From Clostridium sp. CAG:288 (GTDB taxonomy: Bacteria; Bacillota_I; Bacilli_A; RFN20; CAG-288): a stretch of 64,000 nucleotides of DNA. The DNA lies in NCBI GenBank assembly GCA_000437395.1, contig FR898192.1:54029-118028 (forward strand), in the 5' to 3' direction. Shown here in pieces: positions 27,907-35,603 of this stretch (position 1 is the stretch's first letter; each line of letters starts with the position of its first letter). Position numbers and translations under genes: made by a program. Under the pieces are notes generated by a model. It had not been told where the DNA came from and did not search any database. It saw only the letters and a list, made by a program, of their open reading frames with translations.

Positions 27907-28605
27907 ATGATTAAACAATATAAAAAGACTTGTGATTATTCTTACACACTAGGATTTTATCCAACATTAGAGCTTATAAAACGTCGCAAAGACTTGCTTA
28001 GATTCGTATATGCTTCTAATCAAGCATTAGAAAGCGATGGATTTAGGCTTATTGAAAAACTTGTAGATAAATCGAAAATAATTATTTCAGACAATGCGCT
28101 TGAAAAATTGTCAGATAAGGGAAATGATTTTGTAGCTGGTGTCTTTAATAAAGAAGAACAAACTCTCGACAAAACTAAAACACACGTTGTTTTAGTTAAT
28201 CCAAGCGATATGGGCAACTTAGGAAATATTATGCGCTCTATGTTAGCTTTTGACTATAATGATTTAGCGATTATTACACCAGCAGCGGATATGTATAATC
28301 CTAAAACTGTTAGAGCATCTATGGGTGCTATGTTTGGAATTAGAATTGAAAAATTCTCTTCATTTGAAGAATATTTATCTAAATACGAAAGACCATATGT
28401 TCCTTTTATGCTTCAAGCTAAAAGAGGATTAAAAGAAATTAGTACATTTAATTCTCCTTTTGCTCTTGTTTTTGGCAACGAAGCAACAGGCCTTCCAATA
28501 ACATTTTTAAATGATGAAGCTGTTAAAATTGAGCAAAGTGATGAAGTTGATTCTCTAAATTTGCATACAGCTGTTGCTATTGCTTTATATGTTGCCAAAA
28601 AGTAA
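27907..28605 (+). CDS. TrmH/SpoU-family RNA 2'-O-methyltransferase
   Basis: SPOUT motifs VLVNPSDMGNLGNIMRS, LVFGNEATGL and SLNLHTAVAIALY. Confidence 0.8.
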   Translation: MIKQYKKTCDYSYTLGFYPTLELIKRRKDLLRFVYASNQALESDGFRLIEKLVDKSKIIISDNALEKLSDKGNDFVAGVFNKEEQTLDKTKTHVVLVNPSDMGNLGNIMRSMLAFDYNDLAIITPAADMYNPKTVRASMGAMFGIRIEKFSSFEEYLSKYERPYVPFMLQAKRGLKEISTFNSPFALVFGNEATGLPITFLNDEAVKIEQSDEVDSLNLHTAVAIALYVAKK

Positions 28606-29062
28606 TTTAATAGGCTTTGCACCTTTTAACGTAACTGAAAACACCAAATATTTGATATTGGGATCTTTTCCTTCAGTTAAGTCTTTAGAAGGTGATTTTT
28701 ATTATTTGCATCCACAAAATAAATTTTATAAATTAATCTCTAATTTCTTTAACGAAGATTATCCACAAACAATTAGTGATAAGAAAAATGTTTTGATTAG
28801 GCATAATATTGCTTTATGGGACATAGTTAAATCTTGCAAAAGAGATGGATCTTTAGACTCGAATATAAAAGAAATTGTTGTCAATGACTTATATAGTATA
28901 AAAAACATCTCTAACTTTAGAATTGGATGTACAGGTAAAAAATCATATGAATTAACAAAAAAATATTTTCCTAATTTGAATGTATTCTATTTAAGTTCAC
29001 CTAGTCCGGCAAACGTTAAATATTTTGACATACAAACTTGGAAAATATTCTTTACTAATTGA
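28589..29062 (+). CDS. DNA-deoxyinosine glycosylase (UDG-superfamily, hypoxanthine-DNA glycosylase type)
   Basis: YLILGSFPS..S......YY.HP.N.F pattern, about 157 aa. The start is probably ATG 28589, overlapping the preceding stop. Confidence 0.6.
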   Translation: MLPKSNLIGFAPFNVTENTKYLILGSFPSVKSLEGDFYYLHPQNKFYKLISNFFNEDYPQTISDKKNVLIRHNIALWDIVKSCKRDGSLDSNIKEIVVNDLYSIKNISNFRIGCTGKKSYELTKKYFPNLNVFYLSSPSPANVKYFDIQTWKIFFTN

Positions 29063-29064
29063 AA

Positions 29065-29496
29065 TTATTCTTCGTCAGATTCTGAGTTTTCTAAATCGTC
29101 TTCTAAATCTTTAAGCTTATTTTTATCTATTTTTGTTGATTGTGGAATACTATTTTTAGATTGCTTTTTATTTTCATCAGATACTTCGACGACTTTGCCA
29201 TGATCGATTATTTTTCTAGTTACTTCCTTTTCATCGATTTTTTTGAAAAATGTTGTGTAGACAAATGTTGCAAACATAATTAATGAAAGAATGCTAAATA
29301 AAACTGTCATTAAGATATCAGCATTTTTTAAGAAAAAGTTGGTGCTATCTTTACCACCGAACAACGTTTTTCCACTTGCAATAGTGGAAATACATGCGAT
29401 TGTATAGCTAGAGATACATATTGTCATAATTAACATAATTACACAAATAATCCAGTTCTCAGCTTTAAATTTTTTGAATCTATCAAATAAGTTCAT
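29065..29496 (-). CDS. small membrane protein with acidic C-terminus, function unknown
   Basis: The start is probably ATG 29496 (MNLFDRF), downstream of ACGGAGT. Three hydrophobic segments. Confidence 0.6.
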   Translation of the reverse strand: MNLFDRFKKFKAENWIICVIMLIMTICISSYTIACISTIASGKTLFGGKDSTNFFLKNADILMTVLFSILSLIMFATFVYTTFFKKIDEKEVTRKIIDHGKVVEVSDENKKQSKNSIPQSTKIDKNKLKDLEDDLENSESDEE

Positions 29497-29581
29497 ATAT
29501 ACTCCGTTTAATTTTGAAATCACAATTAATTTCTTTAATTAGTATATCAAATATAAATCTAAATTAAATTGTTTTATAAAT

Positions 29582-29608
29582 AAAAAAGTCCTGGTTTACT
29601 ACGCCAGG
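29582..29608 (-). terminator. possible intrinsic terminator at the edge of the non-coding island
   Basis: CCTGG-N9-CCAGG. On the minus strand it is followed by ACUUUUUU. Confidence 0.4.
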
Positions 29609-29736
29609 CCTAAAAGTTTTCACTTTTTACTATTTATAATGTATTACATATATTTGCTGTGATCAATAAAAAACAAGGTTTATAGGAACGTAATACTATT
29701 ATAAAAAGACATATGTGACATTTTTAAACGCTTGAA

Positions 29737-29822
29737 TTGTAAACAACTTGTAAAGAAAATAAAAAAGTGAGCAAAACCATATAAAAACTTACGGTTATAT
29801 ATAGTGAAGGGAAAAATATAGC
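29737..29822 (-). repeat. R element copy 3 (inverted relative to copies 1 and 2)
   Basis: TGTAAACAACTTGTAAAGAAAATAAAAAAGTGAGCAAAACCATATAAAAACTTACGGTTATATATAGTGAAGGG is the reverse complement of the R1/R2 consensus. Confidence 0.85.
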
Positions 29823-30113
29823 TAAAAACTATTTAAATTTTGAAAAGATAACGTTTATCAAGGCATTTATAGTGAACGTTATTATTTAAGAAAAATATAA
29901 GATTGTCACATAGCTTTATTATTAACAAAAATAGGCAATAGAGCTTACATATCTTTTTAATATAAATTTATATGGAAATATTAGAATTGAAGCTTATACG
30001 CTATATAAATCGTTAATAATAAGAATTGGGTTACAATTGCTAATAAAATTATATAGTTTATTATCGGTTGATAATGTAGCCGATTAATGATTGACAATTT
30101 ATTGAACTTAAAA

Positions 30114-30186
30114 TGTAAACAACTTGTAAAGAAATAGAAAAAGCGAGCAAAAACATATGAAAACTTACGGTTATATATAGTGAAGT
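30114..30186 (-). repeat. R element copy 4 (inverted relative to copies 1 and 2)
   Basis: TGTAAACAACTTGTAAAGAAATAGAAAAAGCGAGCAAAAACATATGAAAACTTACGGTTATATATAGTGAAG. Confidence 0.85.
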
Positions 30187-30422
30187 GCATACTTTTAGCC
30201 AATTATGACTCGAAATTTTAAAATTAAGTTTGCAAATACAAAATATAATGTTAACGTTCATCAAAAATATGGACTATTATTCTTAAGTATATATTTCTTA
30301 AACGTTGTTATTGATTAATAAAAATATTAAAGATATAAACTTCTTATCTATTTATGATAGCTATTAACTTTTGTGTTCCTTAATAGATAAAAAGAAACAT
30401 ATTAAACGTAAGAGGTGATTAT

Positions 30423-30494
30423 AAAAAAGCCCTCATTGCTGAGGGTCTCCCTAATTCAATTAGAGATTGGTGATAACTCGTGCTATCAATTCTA
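30423..30494 (-). ncRNA. family-I structured sRNA candidate, copy A (short variant)
   Basis: Promoter TTGCTT (30524-30529) N17 TATAAT (30501-30506). The RNA is UGAUA-GCACGAGU-UAUCA, then ACCAAU, then UCUCUAAUU...AUUAGGGAGA, then terminator CCCUCA-GCAA-UGAGGG plus U6. Confidence 0.45.
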
Positions 30495-30578
30495 AAAACC
30501 ATTATATTTAAAAAATAATTATTAAGCAATAAAAATAATTAAATAAACAAAAAATATAAATTTTGAAAAAAATAATAT

Positions 30579-30651
30579 AAAAAAAGTAAGACTCGTGGGC
30601 AACGTACGCTATTATTAGCAACATACCTAAAAAGTTAAACTGTCTTACTTG
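30579..30651 (-). ncRNA. family-II structured sRNA candidate, copy 1
   Basis: Promoter TTTACA (30680-30685) N16 TATAAT (30658-30663). Outer helix is GUAAGAC/GUCUUAC followed by U7. Inner hairpin is GCUA-AUAA-UAGC, then GUACGU. Confidence 0.5.
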
Positions 30652-30720
30652 CTATTGATTATATCAAATAGTTAAAAAATGTAAATAGATAATTAAGGAA
30701 GGTAAAAAATAATATTAATG

Positions 30721-30817
30721 AAAAAAGGGGCTAAGTAGTTAACTTAGACACCCTTCTTTCTCACTAAGCATGGTTGGTCAAGTTAGTGACTGGTGATAAC
30801 TTAGTGTTATCGTAGCT
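30721..30817 (-). ncRNA. family-I structured sRNA candidate, copy B
   Basis: Promoter TTGACT (30848-30853) N18 TATAAT (30824-30829). The RNA is GAUAAC-ACUAA-GUUAUC, then ACCAGU, then UCACUAA-N15-UUAGUGA, then a terminator hairpin (30727-30753) plus U6. Confidence 0.55.
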
Positions 30818-31035
30818 GTAATTATTATATGCTTAGCAAATACAAACAGTCAATAAAAAATAAATGGTAAATAATAATCATTTAGGCTTTATCATTATAG
30901 AAGTAGCGTTATTTAAATTAAAAACCTAAATTAGATATTAAATTTTAATAGATTGTATGGCTGTCACATATCTTTATAAGATGATGAACATAAAGATAAC
31001 GCTATAGAAAAATAATTTAGTTAAAAATAATAAAC

Positions 31036-31103
31036 AAAAAAAGTAAGGATTCTGAGCACGTACGCTATTGCTAGCAACACACTTGGAATAGAATCCTTAC
31101 TTG
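31036..31103 (-). ncRNA. family-II structured sRNA candidate, copy 2
   Basis: Promoter TTTACA (31132-31137) N16 TAAAAT (31110-31115). Outer helix is GUAAGGAUUC/GAAUCCUUAC followed by U6-7. Inner hairpin is GCUA-GCAA-UAGC, then GUACGU. Confidence 0.5.
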
Positions 31104-31324
31104 CTATTAATTTTATCAAATGATTAAAAAATGTAAAGTGATTAAAGGCAATATGTTGGATAATTAAGAAATACTCAATTAAATAAGCTTAATATTAAAA
31201 ACAATAATTATGTCTAGTAAACAATTTTGCTTTTACAACTCAAATAATTATATAAGTGATAAAGAAATTAATTAGATGATATGCTATGCATCTAGTTATT
31301 ATTGTTATTTATTTTTAAGCAAAT

Positions 31325-31422
31325 AAAAAACGGGGCTGTCCTTTCGGTTTCAGTTACCCGCTTCTTTCACTAAGCATGTTTGAGTAAGTTAGTGACTGGT
31401 CTAGCTTCGTGCTAGATATTGT
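31325..31422 (-). ncRNA. family-I structured sRNA candidate, copy C
   Basis: Promoter TTGACT (31453-31458) N18 TATAAT (31429-31434). The RNA is UCUAGC-ACGAA-GCUAGA, then CCAGU, then UCACUAA-N15-UUAGUGA, then a terminator hairpin (31331-31360) plus U6. Confidence 0.55.
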
Positions 31423-31617
31423 ATTAGTATTATATATTCATCAAATACAAACAGTCAACAAAAATTAAATAATAAAGTTGTAAAACGTGTAGATAAGGTA
31501 AAGAAATACTTGTAAATAAATTATTCAATATTCGAATCTTTTTATCAAACCAGGTTGTTTTCGGTGCTTATAGTTCATTAGTTCGAACATACGGCAGAAA
31601 TCAAACTCCGTAAAAAT

Positions 31618-31649
31618 AAAAAAGTTCGACACAATTTACTGTATCGAAC
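31618..31649 (-). terminator. intrinsic terminator of the tRNA-Val/tRNA-Thr operon
   Basis: Minus-strand RNA GUUCGAUACA-GUAAAU-UGUGUCGAAC followed by U6. Confidence 0.8.
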
Positions 31650-31663
31650 TAATTCTTCAATAA

Positions 31664-31739
31664 TGGTGCCGCCTAAAGGAATCGAACCTTCAACCTACTG
31701 ATTACAAATCAGTTGCTCTGCCAGTTGAGCTAAAGCGGC
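31664..31739 (-). tRNA. tRNA-Thr (anticodon UGU)
   Basis: Reverse complement is GCCGCTTTAGCTCAACTGGCAGAGCAACTGATTTGTAATCAGTAGGTTGAAGGTTCGATTCCTTTAGGCGGCACCA. Anticodon loop is TTTGTAA. Confidence 0.9.
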
Positions 31740-31752
31740 ATGGGTTTGCTAA

Positions 31753-31828
31753 TGGTGGACGCTACAGGGATCGAACCTGTGACCTCTTCCGTGTGAAGGA
31801 AACGCTCTCCCTACTGAGCTAAGTGTCC
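31753..31828 (-). tRNA. tRNA-Val (anticodon CAC)
   Basis: Reverse complement is GGACACTTAGCTCAGTAGGGAGAGCGTTTCCTTCACACGGAAGAGGTCACAGGTTCGATCCCTGTAGCGTCCACCA. Anticodon loop is TTCACAC. There is one A-C mismatch in the acceptor stem. Confidence 0.8.
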
Positions 31829-32129
31829 GCGCAAGAGTTAATATATCAAAACATAAACAATAATGCAACATTTTTTTGAAAAAAATACAAAAATAGTTGA
31901 TGACTGCATATCTTGATTTAATTGTTTAAGCGATTTTAGGTTTTAACTTTAGTATTTAATAAATAATTATATCCATATTTTGTAATCAATTATATTTTTT
32001 ATTTAATGCTCAGTTCATGAAAGAAAAACGTTCAAATAATGCTTAAAACATAGCAAATGCATACAAAACGAGCATATAAGTTAAATTAATGTGCATATTT
32101 ACAATTTAAATGCGCAAAATATTGCATTT

Positions 32130-32147
32130 TTGTGAATATATTATTAA
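32130..32147 (+). promoter_or_regulatory. possible Rex-type operator upstream of adhE
   Basis: TTGTGAA-TATA-TTATTAA compared with the Rex consensus TTGTGAA-N4-TTCACAA. The left half is perfect and the right half matches 5 of 7. It overlaps a TAAAAT -10-like hexamer about 40 nt upstream of adhE. Confidence 0.3.
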
Positions 32148-32184
32148 AATAGCAACGTAATCAATGAGAAAGCGAGGAAAATAT

Positions 32185-34785
32185 ATGAGCGAAAAATTAG
32201 TTGTTCAAGATGAACAAAGCTTAAATGAATTGATTGAAAGAGTTAGAGAAGCTCAAAAGAAATATGCTACATATTCTCAAGAACAAGTAGATAATATTTT
32301 TAGAGCTGCAGCAATGGCTGCTGATAAAGCAAGAATTCCACTTGCTAAAGAAGCTGTTGAAGAAACAGGCATGGGAATTATTGAAGATAAAGTTATAAAG
32401 AATCACTTTGCTTCAGAATATATATTTAATAAGTATAGAGAAGCAAAAACTTGTGACGTTATTGAACACAACGAAGATATGGGATATGAAAAATTAGCTG
32501 AACCTATTGGTGTCGTTGCAGCTATCGTTCCAACAACAAACCCAACATCTACAGCAATCTTCAAAGCTTTAATTTGTTTAAAGACAAGAAATGGATGTAT
32601 TTTTTCACCTCACCCAAGAGCTAAACAAAGCACAATTGATGCAGCAAAGACAATTTTAGATGCAGCTGTAGCAGCGGGTGCACCAGAAGATATCATTGGA
32701 TGGATCGATGTTCCAAGCGTTCAATTATCAGGTGCATTAATGCATGAAGCTGATACAATTTTGGCTACTGGTGGACCAGGTATGGTTAAAGCTGCGTATT
32801 CATCAGGTAAACCTGCTATTGGTGTTGGTCCGGGTAATACACCAGCTATTATTACTGATAGTGCAGATATAAAAATGGCTGCAGCTTCAATAATTCATTC
32901 CAAAACATTTGATAATGGTATGATTTGTGCTTCTGAGCAATCTGTAATTGTCATGAAGGAAGTATATGATGAATTTAAAGCTGAACTTGTTAAGAGAGGC
33001 GCTTATATCTTAAAAGATAATGAAATTGATAGTGTTAGAAAGACTATATTAATTAATGGCTCACTTAACGCAAAGATTGTTGGACAAAAGGCAACTAAGA
33101 TTGCTGAAATGTCAGGCATAAAAGTCCCAGAAAATTCAAGAGTATTAGTTGGTGAAGTTACAAGTGTAGATTCCTCAGAAGAATTCGCTCATGAAAAATT
33201 ATCACCAGTATTAGCAATGTATAAAGCTGAAACATTTGAAGATGCATTGGCTAAAGCTACAAAGTTAGTTACTGATGGTGGCTATGGTCACACTTCAGTT
33301 ATTTATTTAAATGAAGTTAGTGATAAAGAAAGATTATCCGTTTTCGAAAACACAATGAAGACATGCCGTATTTTAGTCAACACACCAGCATCTCAAGGTG
33401 GTATTGGTGACATTTATAACTTTATGTTAACACCATCTTTAACATTAGGATGTGGTTCATGGGGCGGAAACTCTGTTTCAGAAAACGTTGGTTTAAAACA
33501 TTTGCTTAATATTAAGACTGTCGCTATCAGGAGAGAAAATATGTTATGGTTTAGAGTTCCAGAAAAGTTATTCTTCAAACGTGGATGTTTAAGAACAGCT
33601 TTAACAGAATTAAAAGATGAATACAATAAAAAGAGAGCATTTATTGTTACAGATAAATTCCTTTACGAAAGTGGATTTACAAATAAAATTACTGATAGAT
33701 TAACTGAATTAGGAATCGTCAGTGAGGTTTATAGTAAAGTTGCACCAGATCCAACACTTGCTTGTGCAAGAGAAGGTGCTAAATTAATGGAAGACTTTAG
33801 ACCAGATGTCATTATAGCTATCGGTGGTGGATCTCCAATGGATGCTGCAAAGATTATGTGGGTCTTATATGAACACCCAGAAGCAGATTTTGAAGATATG
33901 GCTGCTGACTTTATGGATATTCGTAAGAGAATTTATAAATTCCCACATATGGGTGGAAAAGCTTTCTTCGTCGCTATTCCTACTACAGCAGGTACAGGTA
34001 GTGAAGTTACTCCATTTGCAATTATTACTGATGAAAGAGATGGAACAAAATATCCATTAGCTGATTATGAACTTTTACCAAAGATGGCTATTGTCGATGC
34101 TGATTTAATGATGAATATTCCAAAGGGCTTAACAAAAGCCTCTGGTATTGATGCATTAGTTCACTCAATTGAAGCAATTGGTTCAACAATGGCTACTGAT
34201 TTCTCTGATGGTATGGCATATAAAGCTATTCAATTAATTTTCAAATATTTACCAAGAGCTTACAAAAACGGTGCTAATGATCCTGAAGCTAGAGAAGGTA
34301 TGGCTAACGCTGCTACAATTGCAGGTATTGCCTTTGCAAATGCTTTCTTAGGAATCTGTCACTCAATGGGACATAAGTTAGGTAGCTATCACCACATTCC
34401 ACATGGAATTGCTGTTTCATTAGTCTTAAATGAAGTTATGAAATTTAACAATGCAGAAAACCCAACAAAGATGGGAACTTTCCCTCAATATGAATATCCA
34501 CAATCATTAAGAAGATACGCACATATTGCTGAAGTTTTAGGATTATCAGGAAAAGATGATGAAGCTAAATTAAAGGCTTTATTAAAAGCTATAACTGATT
34601 TAAAGGTTGAATGTGATATTCCTTTAACAATTAAGGATGCTGGTGTTGATGAAAAAGCCTTCTTAGAATCTCTTGATCAAATGTCAGTAGATGCATTTAA
34701 CGATCAATGTACAGGTGCTAACCCACGTTATCCTTTAATTTCTGAAATAAAAGAATTATATTTAAAGTGTTACTATGGTAAATAA
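32185..34785 (+). CDS. adhE: bifunctional acetaldehyde-CoA/alcohol dehydrogenase AdhE
   Basis: N-terminal aldehyde dehydrogenase domain (catalytic [10 protein letters not shown]) fused to an iron-type alcohol dehydrogenase domain ([10 protein letters not shown]; [16 protein letters not shown]). The start is ATG 32185, downstream of AGGAAAA. Confidence 0.93.
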   Translation: MSEKLVVQDEQSLNELIERVREAQKKYATYSQEQVDNIFRAAAMAADKARIPLAKEAVEETGMGIIEDKVIKNHFASEYIFNKYREAKTCDVIEHNEDMGYEKLAEPIGVVAAIVPTTNPTSTAIFKALICLKTRNGCIFSPHPRAKQSTIDAAKTILDAAVAAGAPEDIIGWIDVPSVQLSGALMHEADTILATGGPGMVKAAYSSGKPAIGVGPGNTPAIITDSADIKMAAASIIHSKTFDNGMICASEQSVIVMKEVYDEFKAELVKRGAYILKDNEIDSVRKTILINGSLNAKIVGQKATKIAEMSGIKVPENSRVLVGEVTSVDSSEEFAHEKLSPVLAMYKAETFEDALAKATKLVTDGGYGHTSVIYLNEVSDKERLSVFENTMKTCRILVNTPASQGGIGDIYNFMLTPSLTLGCGSWGGNSVSENVGLKHLLNIKTVAIRRENMLWFRVPEKLFFKRGCLRTALTELKDEYNKKRAFIVTDKFLYESGFTNKITDRLTELGIVSEVYSKVAPDPTLACAREGAKLMEDFRPDVIIAIGGGSPMDAAKIMWVLYEHPEADFEDMAADFMDIRKRIYKFPHMGGKAFFVAIPTTAGTGSEVTPFAIITDERDGTKYPLADYELLPKMAIVDADLMMNIPKGLTKASGIDALVHSIEAIGSTMATDFSDGMAYKAIQLIFKYLPRAYKNGANDPEAREGMANAATIAGIAFANAFLGICHSMGHKLGSYHHIPHGIAVSLVLNEVMKFNNAENPTKMGTFPQYEYPQSLRRYAHIAEVLGLSGKDDEAKLKALLKAITDLKVECDIPLTIKDAGVDEKAFLESLDQMSVDAFNDQCTGANPRYPLISEIKELYLKCYYGK

Positions 34786-34799
34786 GAAGGAGAACAAAA

Positions 34800-35546
34800 A
34801 TGAAACTTATTGCTGAACGTCGTAATAAAAAAATTTATAAAGATGGAAATACATTAGTTAAAGTATTTAATCATGAATTAACTCCAAAAGCAGATGTTCT
34901 TGCTGAAGCAACAAATTATGCTAGAGTTGAAATGACAGGATTAAATATGCCTCATGTTACTCAAGTTAGCAAAACAGAAACAGAAGATTGGTCTATTGCA
35001 ACTGATTATATCGAAGGAAAAACTCTTCAAGAATTAATTGAAGAAGATAAAGCTAATAAAGGCGCATACATTTCAAAGTTTGTTGAATTACAAATGGAAA
35101 TTCACTCTAAGAATTGTCCTCAACTTCCAAAAATGAAAGATAAACTTAATAGTAGAATTTCTATGTCAGGATTAGATGCAACTACAAGATATGAATTGCA
35201 TATGAGACTTGAAAATATGCCTAGACACTTAAAACTTTGCCATGGTGATTTTAACCCTTCAAACGTTATTCTTGGAAACGATGGTAAATATTATATTCTC
35301 GACTGGGCTCATGCAACTCAAGGTAATGCTTCTTGCGATGCTGCAATTACATATTTAGACTTCTTACTTGCTGGAGATAACGATGGCGCAGAAATGTATT
35401 TAAACGAATTCTGCAAAAAGACTGATACAGCAAAACAATATGTTCAAAAATGGATTGCAATTGCTGCTGCAACTCAATCTGTTAAAGGTGGTCAGGCAGA
35501 GAAAGATTTCTTACTCAAACTTGTCGACGTTGTTGAATACGAATAA
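34800..35546 (+). CDS. aminoglycoside phosphotransferase/choline-kinase-like small-molecule kinase
   Basis: Brenner-type catalytic loop CHGDFNPSNVIL and ILDWAHATQGNASCD. 248 aa. Confidence 0.65.
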   Translation: MKLIAERRNKKIYKDGNTLVKVFNHELTPKADVLAEATNYARVEMTGLNMPHVTQVSKTETEDWSIATDYIEGKTLQELIEEDKANKGAYISKFVELQMEIHSKNCPQLPKMKDKLNSRISMSGLDATTRYELHMRLENMPRHLKLCHGDFNPSNVILGNDGKYYILDWAHATQGNASCDAAITYLDFLLAGDNDGAEMYLNEFCKKTDTAKQYVQKWIAIAAATQSVKGGQAEKDFLLKLVDVVEYE

Positions 35547-35603
35547 AATTTATTTAACAAAAAAAGGTAGAAAACATAAAAACAAATGTTTTCTACCTTT
35601 TCT

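Noticed and set aside
30405-30500. Strong SD-like AAGAGGTGA on the plus strand upstream of sRNA copy A, suggesting an antisense small protein
   Set aside because: No ATG, GTG or TTG lies at a workable distance. The equivalent plus-strand frames in copies B and C contain immediate stops.
30579-31103. Short hydrophobic ORFs inside family-II units (MLLIIAYVAH... and VLLAIAYVLR...), as in a type I toxin
   Set aside because: There is no usable Shine-Dalgarno at proper spacing. The start codon differs (ATG versus GTG). The reading frames run through the terminator hairpin and U-tract. The peptide similarity is explained by nucleotide conservation of the UUGCUA...UAGCGUACGU RNA element.
29524-31663. 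Integrated mobile element or prophage remnant at the tRNA-Thr gene
   Set aside because: I found no integrase, transposase or phage-like ORF. By eye, there is no direct repeat of the tRNA-Thr (or tRNA-Leu) 3' end marking an att site. The island contains no ORFs at all.
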